Both the position numbers and the translations under genes were made by a program. The notes below the pieces were generated by a model. It saw only the letters and a program-made list of their open reading frames with translations. It made no database searches and was not told the origin of the DNA. From an uncultured Flavobacteriaceae bacterium (GTDB lineage Bacteria > Bacteroidota > Bacteroidia > Flavobacteriales > Flavobacteriaceae), in assembly GCA_963848865.1 (NCBI GenBank), contig CAWKFV010000008.1, positions 27,150-91,149 on the forward strand: a DNA stretch of 64,000 bases, written 5' to 3'. This document shows, in pieces, positions 27,702 to 37,544 of this stretch; position 1 is the stretch's first letter, and the number at the start of each line of letters is the position of its first letter.

Positions 27702-28056
27702 AATCAGGGGCAATTCCGTACGTTACAGGCTTACCAAATCAGAGGTTGCTATATTCTCGGAAACGGGCAGCTACATTGAAAAGACCGAATTTAGTACCAA
27801 CATCTTCTTATACATTTTACAAGCTAAAGAAGGAATAGAAAATTTGGAGGCCGATTTCTTTAATAATTCGATAACCCTATTCTTTCCAAAAAAGGATTTA
27901 GCTCACTGGGCGAATAGTGATAAAGTGGGCTTCTCGCATTCCTATGTAATGGAATCTGGTAAATCTATAGCACTATTGGTGGAAAAAGATTTTGTTTGTA
28001 TGGACGAAACAGTGGAAGACCAATCCGATAATTATCCAAATCCAAAAGCCAAATAA
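27691..28056 (+). CDS. Conserved hypothetical protein (DUF7009-like)
   Basis: MKIRIRGNSVRYRLTKSEV..LLVEKDFVC..YPNP; overlaps the upstream stop. Confidence 0.75.
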   Translation: MKIRIRGNSVRYRLTKSEVAIFSETGSYIEKTEFSTNIFLYILQAKEGIENLEADFFNNSITLFFPKKDLAHWANSDKVGFSHSYVMESGKSIALLVEKDFVCMDETVEDQSDNYPNPKAK

Positions 28057-28383
28057 TAGTGGTAAAAAATTGCTAGTGTTCCAAACTAAAAAGAGTCCGA
28101 TCAATCAAGACCAGACTCTTTTACGAGAACACTATATGAAAATGAAAAATTATGATTCGTTATTAATTACATTGTAAATATACCTGCTTACCATAGCCTT
28201 TTAAACTTAATGTTGTGAACGTAGCGGTTTTTGTTGTGAAACTCCGTTATACTGTTTTATTAACGAAAAAACATTTCGAAATGCTAAAAAATAACAGGGT
28301 CAAATAGTCCATTTTGGTTAGGCAAAGCTATTTTTCAAATTATATTTTAAAGCTATAAATAGCTCGCATCTCCTTCTTTTGGA

Positions 28384-28440
28384 TAACTTCTTAAGAATCT
28401 TCTTAACAATCTAATAACCAAAGGTTAAGAAAAAGCTAAT
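28384..28440 (+). promoter_or_regulatory. 11-bp-periodic TAA(C/G/T) direct repeats (Pho-box-like)
   Basis: TAAC 28404, TAAC 28415, TAAG 28426 and TAAT 28437 are exactly 11 bp apart, followed by a TTTG promoter-like element, upstream of a PlcP-like gene. Confidence 0.55.
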
Positions 28441-28610
28441 CGGTAAGTCATTAAAATTGATGAAACTTTGTAGCTATATATTTTCTTAATGAAAATTATA
28501 CAACTGAACTGCTCAACTTTACTTGTCGAAATCCTGATCAGCCGATTGGGAAGCCTTTACTCCCCGCTAAAGTTCAGAAAAATAAAGAAAAAACGTAGCC
28601 ATTCCATTTT

Positions 28611-29471
28611 ATGAAAAAAAGACCTGTTGATTTGGTGGTACTATCGGATGTTCATTTAGGAACATACGGTTGCCACGCCAAGGAGCTTTTAAAATACCTC
28701 AAATCTATTAAACCAACAGAGGTAGTCCTAAATGGGGATATCATTGATATTTGGCAGTTCAGCAAACGATACTGGCCTAAATCACATATGAAAATTGTAA
28801 AGTACATTATGGAATGGATTGCCAAAGGTGTAAAAGTGCATTACGTTACTGGCAATCACGATGAGTTGTTGCGGAAATTTACCGGTTTTAAGATGGGTTC
28901 ACTAAGCATTGTAAATAAGGTAGTGTTGCCTTTAGACGGTAAGAATGCATGGTTTTTTCACGGCGATGTTTTTGATGTGACAATGCAACATTCCAAATGG
29001 ATTGCAAAATTAGGCGCCAAGGGATATGATTTTTTGATAATCCTCAACAGGGGAATCAACTTCATTAGCAAAAAAATGGGAAAGGGGCCCATTTCCATGT
29101 CCAAAAAAATAAAGAACGGGGTAAAATCCGCAGTCAAGTTTATCAATGACTTTGAGCAGGTTGCGGCTGACATAGCAATAGAAAACGAATATGACTACGT
29201 GGTATGCGGACACATCCATCAGCCGGAAATACGGAATATAAAAACCGAAAAGGGAGAAGTGGTTTATTTGAATTCCGGGGATTGGATAGAAAATTTGACA
29301 GCGCTAGAATACCACAAAGGGAAATGGTCACTTTATAGTTATTTGGACGACCACCGGACCGTAAATCAAATTGAGGATGTAAACGATGAATCTTACGTTT
29401 TGGAAAAGGGAGAGCTTTTTAAAAGTTTGATGGCAGAATTTCAATTAAAAAATAGCGTAAAGGCCAAATAG
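28611..29471 (+). CDS. LpxH/PlcP-like metallophosphoesterase
   Basis: SDVHLG, NGDIIDIW, GNHD, HGDVFD, CGHIH, NSGDWIENLTALE. Confidence 0.88.
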   Translation: MKKRPVDLVVLSDVHLGTYGCHAKELLKYLKSIKPTEVVLNGDIIDIWQFSKRYWPKSHMKIVKYIMEWIAKGVKVHYVTGNHDELLRKFTGFKMGSLSIVNKVVLPLDGKNAWFFHGDVFDVTMQHSKWIAKLGAKGYDFLIILNRGINFISKKMGKGPISMSKKIKNGVKSAVKFINDFEQVAADIAIENEYDYVVCGHIHQPEIRNIKTEKGEVVYLNSGDWIENLTALEYHKGKWSLYSYLDDHRTVNQIEDVNDESYVLEKGELFKSLMAEFQLKNSVKAK

Positions 29472-29506
29472 TAAATCGGACAACTATTGAATTCCCAAGA
29501 AAAACA

Positions 29507-30502
29507 ATGAAAATTCTTTATGCAATTCAAGGAACAGGTAATGGCCATTTGAGCAGGGCAAGGGATGTAATTCCCTCACTGTTAAAAAATAATATCGAGC
29601 TTGATATATTGATAAGCGGTACGCAAGCCGATATTCAGATTCCATATCCCGTAAAATATAGGTTAAAAGGCTTGAGTTTCATTTTTGGGAAAAAGGGTGG
29701 AGTGGACATGTGGAGAACGTATATAAAATCCAATTCCGCTAGGCTTCAAAAAGAGATAAGAAGCATTCCAGTTCACGATTATGACCTGATTATAAACGAT
29801 TTTGAACCGGTGACCGCTTGGGCCTGTAAATTAAAGAACAAGCCTTGTTTCAGTTTTAGCCATCAGGCGGCAGTATTATCCCCAAAAGCACCAAAACCCA
29901 AAAAACGAGACTTGATGGGAAGCCTTATCCTAAAGAACTATGCACCTACAAGTCATCAATATGGACTGCATTTTAAACCGTATGAAGAACGTATTTTCAC
30001 ACCAATCATCAGAAATGACATTAGAAATGCACCCGTGATTCATGGGGAGCATTACACGGTTTACCTTCCCTCCTATAGCGATGATAAAATCATAAAATTC
30101 CTTTCACAAATAAAAGGGGTTACATGGGAGGTATTTTCCAAACACAGTAAAAAAGAAACAATTACTTCTACGATTAGTATAAAACCGATTACCAACGAAG
30201 CTTTTGTTAATAGCATGGCGGCTTCCAAGGGTATCTTTTGCGGAGCAGGTTTTGAAACCCCGGCAGAATCAATGTTTATGGGAAAAAAATTAATGGTCAT
30301 ACCCATGAAAGGGCAATACGAACAACAATGCAATGCAGCAGCTTTACAAGAAATGGGGATTCCCGTGTTAAAATCCTTAAAGTCCAAGCATTTACCGAAA
30401 GTATTGGAATGGATGGAAAGTTCCGAAATAATCCCGGTAGACTATCCGGACATAACAGATGATATTGTAAATAGGTTATTGCAAGAAATCGTATTGGTTT
30501 AG
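29507..30502 (+). CDS. GT-B glycosyltransferase (MJ1255/GT28-like)
   Basis: GTGNGHLSRA, INDFEP, GAGFETPAE, PMKGQYEQ..NA. Confidence 0.88.
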   Translation: MKILYAIQGTGNGHLSRARDVIPSLLKNNIELDILISGTQADIQIPYPVKYRLKGLSFIFGKKGGVDMWRTYIKSNSARLQKEIRSIPVHDYDLIINDFEPVTAWACKLKNKPCFSFSHQAAVLSPKAPKPKKRDLMGSLILKNYAPTSHQYGLHFKPYEERIFTPIIRNDIRNAPVIHGEHYTVYLPSYSDDKIIKFLSQIKGVTWEVFSKHSKKETITSTISIKPITNEAFVNSMAASKGIFCGAGFETPAESMFMGKKLMVIPMKGQYEQQCNAAALQEMGIPVLKSLKSKHLPKVLEWMESSEIIPVDYPDITDDIVNRLLQEIVLV

Positions 30503-30503
30503 T

Positions 30504-31883
30504 TTGAATCGCCTGGACAAAACCGATATGGAAGAACAACTGGATGACCCAATTGCCGCATCCGACTTTGGCAATGATTTCATTTGGGGAGTTTCCACAG
30601 CCGCTTTTCAAATTGAGGGTGCATCCGCTAAGGCCGGCAAAGGCCCTTCCATTTGGGATACTTTTACCAGCAAAAAAGGAGCCATTTATCAAAACCAAAA
30701 TGCAACTGTTTCCTGTGATTTTTATCACCGATACAGGGAAGATATTCTCTTAATGAAATCTATGGGTCTAAAACATTTTAGATTTTCCATTTCTTGGACT
30801 CGGATTTTACCACAAGGAATAGGTGCAGTAAACCAAGAGGGGATTGATTTTTACAATCAGGTTATAGATTTGTGTATTGAATGCAAAATAACTCCTTGGG
30901 TTACCCTTTATCATTGGGATTTGCCTTTGGCCTTAGAACAAAAAGGCGGGTGGACGAACCGATCTATATTGGAATGGTTTTCCGAGTTTACAAGGGTATG
31001 CGCCCAGCATTTTGGAGACCGAGTTAAGCATTGGATGGTATTGAACGAGCCAATGGTCTTTACCGGAGCTGGTTATTTTTTGGGCGTACATGCACCGGGC
31101 AGAAAAGGAATAAGGAATTTCTTGCCTGCCGTGCATCACGCTGTTATGTGTCAGGCATTAGGAGGTAAAATACTTAGGGAATTGGTGCCGGATGCCGAAA
31201 TAGGAACAACATTTTCCTGTTCTCAAATCACTCCAAAAACGAAAAGTCGAAGAGACAAAAAAGCCGCGGTAAGGGTCGATGCACTTTTGAATCGCCTTTT
31301 TATCGAACCTTCACTGGGACTCGGTTATCCCGTAAAGAACCTACCTATAGCTGATCGTGTAAAACCCTTTATTCTTGATGGGGATATGGAAAACTGTGTT
31401 TTTGATTTTGACTTTATCGGGATACAGAACTACACCCGTGAGGTGGTCTCCCATAGCTATTTTATTCCCTACATAAACGCAAAAATTATAAAAGCGAGTA
31501 AAAGAAATGTGCCTATCACCTTAATGGATTGGGAAGTTTATCCGACAAGCATTTATGAAATGATTAAAAAGTACGACGCATACCTCAGTGTCAAAAAAGT
31601 TATCATTACGGAGAACGGAGCGGCTTTTAAGGATATGTTACGAAACAATGAGGTGAACGATATTCAAAGAAAAGAATATCTGGAAAAATATCTCAAGCAG
31701 GTTTTAAAGGCCAAGGAACAAGGTGCGAATATTAAGGGATATTTTGTCTGGACCTTTACCGATAATTTTGAATGGGCGGAAGGTTATTATCCTAGATTTG
31801 GGTTGGTATATGTTGATTTCGATACACAAAAAAGGATTCTCAAACATTCCGGAAAGTGGTTTTCCAAATTTTTAAAAACCTAG
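30504..31883 (+). CDS. GH1 beta-glucosidase
   Basis: WGVSTAAFQIEG, TLYHWDLP, NEP acid/base, ITENG nucleophile, DNFEWAEG. Start may be ATG 30528. Confidence 0.95.
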   Translation: MNRLDKTDMEEQLDDPIAASDFGNDFIWGVSTAAFQIEGASAKAGKGPSIWDTFTSKKGAIYQNQNATVSCDFYHRYREDILLMKSMGLKHFRFSISWTRILPQGIGAVNQEGIDFYNQVIDLCIECKITPWVTLYHWDLPLALEQKGGWTNRSILEWFSEFTRVCAQHFGDRVKHWMVLNEPMVFTGAGYFLGVHAPGRKGIRNFLPAVHHAVMCQALGGKILRELVPDAEIGTTFSCSQITPKTKSRRDKKAAVRVDALLNRLFIEPSLGLGYPVKNLPIADRVKPFILDGDMENCVFDFDFIGIQNYTREVVSHSYFIPYINAKIIKASKRNVPITLMDWEVYPTSIYEMIKKYDAYLSVKKVIITENGAAFKDMLRNNEVNDIQRKEYLEKYLKQVLKAKEQGANIKGYFVWTFTDNFEWAEGYYPRFGLVYVDFDTQKRILKHSGKWFSKFLKT

Positions 31884-31909
31884 AAATTCCTTATTTCAAT
31901 ACAAAAAAT

Positions 31910-31979
31910 GAAAAAGCCGACGCTCCCGCCGGCTTAGACTAACTAACTCAAAACTAAGAACGTTTGCTCCTTATGAACA
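31910..31979 (-). ncRNA. Candidate small RNA (about 70 nt) with U/G-rich single-stranded seed
   Basis: Minus-strand -7 box TACTTTTG (31983-31990), a 5' hairpin, unpaired GUUUUGAGUUAGUUAGU, and a terminator AAGCCGGCG-GGAG-CGTCGGCTT followed by T residues. Confidence 0.6.
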
Positions 31980-32039
31980 TTGCAAAAGTACTTCGCTTAT
32001 TTTGCGGTAGTGTTAAGTTAATCTAAGGAATAGGTTATA

Positions 32040-33218
32040 TTACTTGAACGCTTGGTGTCCTGTGATATCTGCACCAGTAATTAACAGATGAATATCGTGT
32101 GTACCTTCATAAGTGATAACACTCTCTAGGTTCATCATGTGTCTCATAATACTATATTCTCCGGTAATTCCCATACCACCAAGAACCTGACGTGCCTCTC
32201 GGGCTATTTTAATGGCCATATCCACATTGTTCCTTTTTGCCATGGATATTTGCGCGGTACTTGCCCTACCTTCATTTTTCAATTGACCCAACCTGAAGGC
32301 CAGCAATTGTGCCTTGGTGATTTCGGTAATCATTTCGGCCAATTTTTTTTGCTGTAGTTGAAAGGCAGCGATTGGTTTCCCAAACTGGATTCTCTCTTTT
32401 GCATACCGCAATGCTGTATCATAACAATCCATAGCCGCTCCAATAGCACCCCATGCAATACCATATCTGGCCGAATCCAGACAACCTAGAGGCGCACCAA
32501 GGCCAGATTTGTTCGGTAGCAAATTTTCCTTTGGCACCTTAACATTATCAAATATAAGTTCCCCGGTAGCTGAGGCACGTAGTGACCATTTATTATGGGT
32601 TTCCGGTGTTGAGAAGCCTTCCATGTCGCGCTCTACAATTAATCCATGTATTCTGCCTTCCTCATTTTTTGCCCATACCACAGCAATATCAGCAAAGGGA
32701 GAGTTCGAAATCCAAAGTTTGGCACCGTTCAACAAATAATGGTCGCCCATATCCTTGTATTTTGTTTCCATGCCACCAGGGTTGGAGCCATGGTTAGGTT
32801 CCGTGAGTCCAAAACAGCCCATCATCTCACCAGTCGCAAGTTTTGGCAAATACTTTTTTCGTTGCTCTTCCGTACCATAGGTGTAAATAGGGTACATCAC
32901 TAATGATGATTGAACGGATGCCGTAGAACGCACGCCACTGTCCCCGCGTTCTATTTCCTGCATAATAAGTCCATAACTTATTTGGTCCAAGCCAGCCCCA
33001 CCGTATTCAACGGGAATATACGGTCCAAACGCACCTATTTCAGCCAGACCTCCTAAAATTTGCTCTGGAAATTCCGCTTTCTGTGCATACTCTTCAATAA
33101 TTGGCGAAATATCTCTTTTGACCCACTGTCGAGCCGCATCACGAACCAACAAATGTTCCTCGGAAAACAAGTCATCAAGATTATAGTAATCCGGAGCTTC
33201 GAATAAATCAGGCTTCAT
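32040..33218 (-). CDS. gcdH: Glutaryl-CoA dehydrogenase
   Basis: YGLIMQEIERGDSG, FGLTEPNHGSNP, SLRASATG, ARQVLGGMGI, TYEGTHDIH. Confidence 0.9.
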   Translation of the reverse strand: MKPDLFEAPDYYNLDDLFSEEHLLVRDAARQWVKRDISPIIEEYAQKAEFPEQILGGLAEIGAFGPYIPVEYGGAGLDQISYGLIMQEIERGDSGVRSTASVQSSLVMYPIYTYGTEEQRKKYLPKLATGEMMGCFGLTEPNHGSNPGGMETKYKDMGDHYLLNGAKLWISNSPFADIAVVWAKNEEGRIHGLIVERDMEGFSTPETHNKWSLRASATGELIFDNVKVPKENLLPNKSGLGAPLGCLDSARYGIAWGAIGAAMDCYDTALRYAKERIQFGKPIAAFQLQQKKLAEMITEITKAQLLAFRLGQLKNEGRASTAQISMAKRNNVDMAIKIAREARQVLGGMGITGEYSIMRHMMNLESVITYEGTHDIHLLITGADITGHQAFK

Positions 33219-33276
33219 AAGCAGTAAATTTTACCAAAGGTAAATAAAGAAAATATAACATTAAGCAAACCTATTG

Positions 33277-33993
33277 TTACATTTTTATATAGAATGCTTT
33301 GGTCAATTTTTGATATTCCATAGTATATTCGTGCCTTTTGGTTTCTATTATCAATTCCTCCTCAGAACATTTGGATTCATTAAACCCAAATTCCAAAAGG
33401 CTTCTTTTTAGAGGCACGGTTGGGTTTCCACGAACGCGAAGTATCCTTTTTGGATAAAGTCCGTTTTCTTTTGCCAAACCGATAAAGGAATCTTCCTCCT
33501 TATATGGAATGATAGTAGCGAATAATCCAACAGGAGTTAGCAATTTTGAAACACCCTCTAGAAGCTCATCAAAAGGTAAGGACATATTTTGTCTGGCAAT
33601 ATCCCTTGACGTGTTTCCGCTGGTAACATCCTCTGTATAAAAAGGTGGATTGGATACGATAAGATTATAGGGCTCCTCCGTCTCAGCTACAAACTCATCC
33701 AACCCTGCATGATAACAGAAAAGTCTATCGGACCAACCTGAAGCTTCAAAATTTTCAACACATTGTTCGTAGGCATCCTCATCAACCTCTATAGCATCTA
33801 TAATTTCAGCATCGCTACGCTGGGCAAGCATTAAGGCAATGAGTCCAGTTCCCGCCCCGATATCCAAAATAGAATACGGTTTATTACCCAAATCAGTCCA
33901 TGCTCCCAACAATACTCCATCGGTACCAATTTTCATGGCACATTTGTCTTGATTTATATTAAACTGTTTAAAATTGAATGATCTACTCCCCAT
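33277..33993 (-). CDS. tRNA1(Val) A37 N6-methyltransferase (YfiC/TrmN6)
   Basis: FNFKQF, MKIGTDGVLLGAW, LDIGAGTG, SNPPFY; likely start ATG 33993. Confidence 0.92.
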   Translation of the reverse strand: MGSRSFNFKQFNINQDKCAMKIGTDGVLLGAWTDLGNKPYSILDIGAGTGLIALMLAQRSDAEIIDAIEVDEDAYEQCVENFEASGWSDRLFCYHAGLDEFVAETEEPYNLIVSNPPFYTEDVTSGNTSRDIARQNMSLPFDELLEGVSKLLTPVGLFATIIPYKEEDSFIGLAKENGLYPKRILRVRGNPTVPLKRSLLEFGFNESKCSEEELIIETKRHEYTMEYQKLTKAFYIKM

Positions 33994-34125
33994 ATCTTCC
34001 CTATTCCAAATTATGTTAAACTTTAGCATTTAGATTTAACTAGCCTACTAAAGTAAATCTCAATATCGCTATTTCGTACTTTCCTTACCAAAGTTATTGC
34101 AACCAAATTCTATATATTTACTAAG

Positions 34126-35730
34126 TTGACATTTTCCAATTACAATATCCAAAATCTGAACCTACCTATTAATTTGAAACGGCGTAACCATCAATTATTA
34201 ATCTATATTATTTGTTGCCTATCCTTTATTTGTGGAAACAGCCAACAAGAAACCAATGCCAATACCGATTCAAAAGAACTTCGGGCACGAGAATTATCAC
34301 AAGTTTACTGTAGTATGTGCCATAAATTTCCAGAACCGGAATTATTGGATAAAGAGACGTGGGCAACTAGTGTGCTTCCCAATATGGCACGAAGATTAGG
34401 TCTAAAAATGGCAGGGAAATATAATTTTATTGATCAGGATTCCATTGAAGCCAATCTCTTAAAAAAATATAATACCTATCCGGAAAATGCCATGATCTCA
34501 AAAGAAGATTGGTCGGAAATAGAAAAGTACTATGTTGAAAATGCACCTAAAAAATTAGCGTCAATAAGTAGTTCTTCCGAACGATCAAAAAATGAATTCC
34601 CATTTGAGGTTCAAACTATCAATATCGACAACGTAAAACTTCCGCAGGTAACGCTTTTGGAGTATGACAAGTATAATTCAGAATTGTATATTGCAAATTA
34701 CTTAAAACTCTATGCCCTAAATAAAAATGGGGGGCTAACTGCCGAATGGGACTTGGACAGCTATGGCTCCGATATTGAATTTTCAGAAAATAAGATTAAT
34801 CCGCTACTCCTTTCTATTGGCAAAATAACACCATCCAATCAAAAATTGGGACAGTTGAATAGGCTGGACAAAAAAGAAATCCCAAATCATAAATCAACTA
34901 TACTTTCTAATTTGCTTAGACCTGTCCATTTTGAAAGTGTCGATTTAAATCTTGACGGCAAAAAAGACTTATTACTCTCCAGTTTTGGCCATACCGTTGG
35001 AAAACTATCTTGGTTTGATGACTATGATTTGACCAAAGAACATATCCTAAGCACGTTACCGGGTACACGTAAGGTTGAAATCTTTGATTTTAATAGCGAT
35101 GGAAAACCGGATATAATGGCCCTGATGACCCAGTCCTATGAGGGTTTAAAAATATTTTACAATCAGGGTAAAAATATGTTCAAAGAGGAACAGATTTTAG
35201 AATTTAACCCCGTTCATGGCTTGAGCTATTTTGAGCTAGCGGACTTTAATTCTGACGGTTATCCGGATATTTTGGTAACGAATGGGGACAACAGGGACTT
35301 TTCACCCATAGATAAGCCATATCATGGTTTGCGTATCTATTTAAATAATACCAAAAACCAATTTGAAGAGACGTATTTCTTTCCAATGTACGATTGTAAT
35401 AAAGCGATAGCGAGGGATTTTGATAATGATGGAGACTTGGATATTATCGCATCTTCCCTTTTTGTTGATTATGAAGGAAATAGCGATGTTAGGGATGCAA
35501 TAGTATTTCTTAAAAATAATGGAGAATTCAACTTTGATGCATCATTCGTTCCAAATCCAACACATGGTAATTGGTTAACAATGGAAGTGTTGGATTTTAA
35601 TGAAGATGGTTTGCTTGATGTGGTTCTAGGTGCATTTGTTTATGATATCAATGAAATGTTTAAAATAATAACTGCAACCGGTATTTCAAACTTGCCCCAA
35701 GTTTTGGTTTTACTACAAAAAAACCAATAA
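34126..35730 (+). CDS. Secreted c-type-heme (CxxCH) plus FG-GAP/VCBS repeat protein
   Basis: CSMCH followed by PEPELL..W..VLPNM; several DxNxDGxxD repeats (DLNLDGKKD, DFNSDGKPD, DFDNDGDLD). Start codon uncertain. Confidence 0.8.
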   Translation: MTFSNYNIQNLNLPINLKRRNHQLLIYIICCLSFICGNSQQETNANTDSKELRARELSQVYCSMCHKFPEPELLDKETWATSVLPNMARRLGLKMAGKYNFIDQDSIEANLLKKYNTYPENAMISKEDWSEIEKYYVENAPKKLASISSSSERSKNEFPFEVQTINIDNVKLPQVTLLEYDKYNSELYIANYLKLYALNKNGGLTAEWDLDSYGSDIEFSENKINPLLLSIGKITPSNQKLGQLNRLDKKEIPNHKSTILSNLLRPVHFESVDLNLDGKKDLLLSSFGHTVGKLSWFDDYDLTKEHILSTLPGTRKVEIFDFNSDGKPDIMALMTQSYEGLKIFYNQGKNMFKEEQILEFNPVHGLSYFELADFNSDGYPDILVTNGDNRDFSPIDKPYHGLRIYLNNTKNQFEETYFFPMYDCNKAIARDFDNDGDLDIIASSLFVDYEGNSDVRDAIVFLKNNGEFNFDASFVPNPTHGNWLTMEVLDFNEDGLLDVVLGAFVYDINEMFKIITATGISNLPQVLVLLQKNQ

Positions 35731-35742
35731 CATTACTTTGAA

Positions 35743-36456
35743 TTATTCTTTTGGAGTATTCAAAATTCTGCTTTTCGCCTCGTTCAAATAACTTCGGCCA
35801 ATGGTATATCGTATTCCTCCAACTTCCACACTGTTTCCCTCAACAACGTTTACCTTATTTAGGGCAATGGTGTAAGACCTATGGATTCTTTGAAATTTAT
35901 CGCTCGGCAATTCATCCGTAAAACTACTCAGCGTTTGATGTATGATGTACTTTGCCGTTGGAGTAATTATCCTAATATAGTCCTTTAGACTTTCAATTAC
36001 CATTATTTCATCGAGAAAAATCTTCTGTAACTTCTTTTTATCAACTTTTACAAATATACTTGGCTTTTCCTCCATTGAGAGAGGAGATTTCTGAACACCT
36101 TGTTTAAGACTTATTATCCTGTCCACGGATTTTATAAATCTTGGCAAAGGAACTGGCTTCACCAAATAATCTATAGCCTCCAGTTCAAAACTTTTAAGGG
36201 CGTGTTCTTGGTGAGCGGTGGTCATAATAACAAAAGGTTTTTCATGTAATGTGCTCAAAAATTCCAACCCATCCAAAAAGGGCATATTAATATCCAGAAA
36301 CATTAAATCAACAGCGTTCTCCCTTAAGTATGAGGATGCATCCAGTGCATTGGAAAAAGTTCCAACTAATTGTAATTCTTTAACTCTTTGAATATAATTT
36401 TTCAGAACATTAATTGCCAAAGGCTCATCGTCCACCACTATTACCTTTAAAATCAT
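35743..36456 (-). CDS. LytTR family response regulator
   Basis: VDDEPLA, FLDINMP, DYLVKP receiver motifs; FQRIHRSY LytTR motif. Confidence 0.95.
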   Translation of the reverse strand: MILKVIVVDDEPLAINVLKNYIQRVKELQLVGTFSNALDASSYLRENAVDLMFLDINMPFLDGLEFLSTLHEKPFVIMTTAHQEHALKSFELEAIDYLVKPVPLPRFIKSVDRIISLKQGVQKSPLSMEEKPSIFVKVDKKKLQKIFLDEIMVIESLKDYIRIITPTAKYIIHQTLSSFTDELPSDKFQRIHRSYTIALNKVNVVEGNSVEVGGIRYTIGRSYLNEAKSRILNTPKE

Positions 36457-37544
36457 ATCACTTTAAGTTTTAAGATTACAATGAACAAATTGTTCTCTTC
36501 ATAAATTGACAATTGGTAGTCATTTTTCTCATAGCCCAATTCAAGACGTTTTTTTACGTTGGATAATCCTATCCCTCCAGACCTAGTTGGGTAATCTGAT
36601 TTTGGATTTTCTTTTGGTATTGTATTGGATACTTTAAAGTCCATAAAACCGTCGGACACCATTAAATCTATTTGAATTCTCATTTCTCCTATGCTCTTAC
36701 TGGCACCATGTTTAAAACAATTTTCCACCAATGGAATCAATAGCATAGGAGCAATAGTATAATTGTCCAAATTTCCCGAGATGTTCATGTCAATTTTTAA
36801 GGTATTATCAAAACGTATGCGCTCCAGGTCTATATAATTTCGTATACATTCTACTTCACTTGTCAAATCCTGACGTTGCTTTTTAGTGGCATACAACAAA
36901 TAGCGCATTAACTCAGAAAGCTTTAGAACCACTTCAGGTGCTTTATCGGATTTTTCCAGGGTTAAAGAATAAATGTTATTCAGGGTGTTGAAAAAGAAAT
37001 GTGGAGAAACCTGGGATCGTAAAAAACGTAGTTCCGTTTTCAATTGCCTTTTTTCCAATTCATGTAGCTTACTACTTTCCCTAAGCCAATCTATAGTCAA
37101 TTTTATGGCCGTGAAAAAAGAAATAACATATACCTCGCCAATCATGGTAGTCACCGCGTAGGAAAGAGTAAGACTTGTGGTTTCTCCCGGTCCTTCCGGC
37201 ATAACATTAGGTCCTGCCAGATAGTAGGTCAAATTATACTTTACCAAGAGCATTATTAATAGGGATGCCAGAATATAAAAAGTGTAGGCCAAGTATTTTT
37301 GGGTGTATACGAATTTTGGCATTAAGTAGTATACGTTAAAATAGGCCAATGCCATGTGGATTGGAAACCCGATTAGGTTAGTTTTCAGGGAGTATAGAAA
37401 ATCATCGTGAATGCTGCTCCATCGGAACGTATTGAATATAAAGTAAGCTGCCCAGAACAAAATATGGTGCCAATATTTAATGGTATAGTTTGTAGAAGCA
37501 CTGTTCTTACCAAGAAAGCTACCTATATTACTGTTAGCATACAT
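36453..37544 (-). CDS. LytS/YehU-type sensor histidine kinase
   Basis: N-terminal TM helices; LRSQVSPHFFFNTLNNIY, LVENCFKHG, GIGLSNVKKRL. Confidence 0.95.
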   Translation of the reverse strand: MYANSNIGSFLGKNSASTNYTIKYWHHILFWAAYFIFNTFRWSSIHDDFLYSLKTNLIGFPIHMALAYFNVYYLMPKFVYTQKYLAYTFYILASLLIMLLVKYNLTYYLAGPNVMPEGPGETTSLTLSYAVTTMIGEVYVISFFTAIKLTIDWLRESSKLHELEKRQLKTELRFLRSQVSPHFFFNTLNNIYSLTLEKSDKAPEVVLKLSELMRYLLYATKKQRQDLTSEVECIRNYIDLERIRFDNTLKIDMNISGNLDNYTIAPMLLIPLVENCFKHGASKSIGEMRIQIDLMVSDGFMDFKVSNTIPKENPKSDYPTRSGGIGLSNVKKRLELGYEKNDYQLSIYEENNLFIVILKLKVI

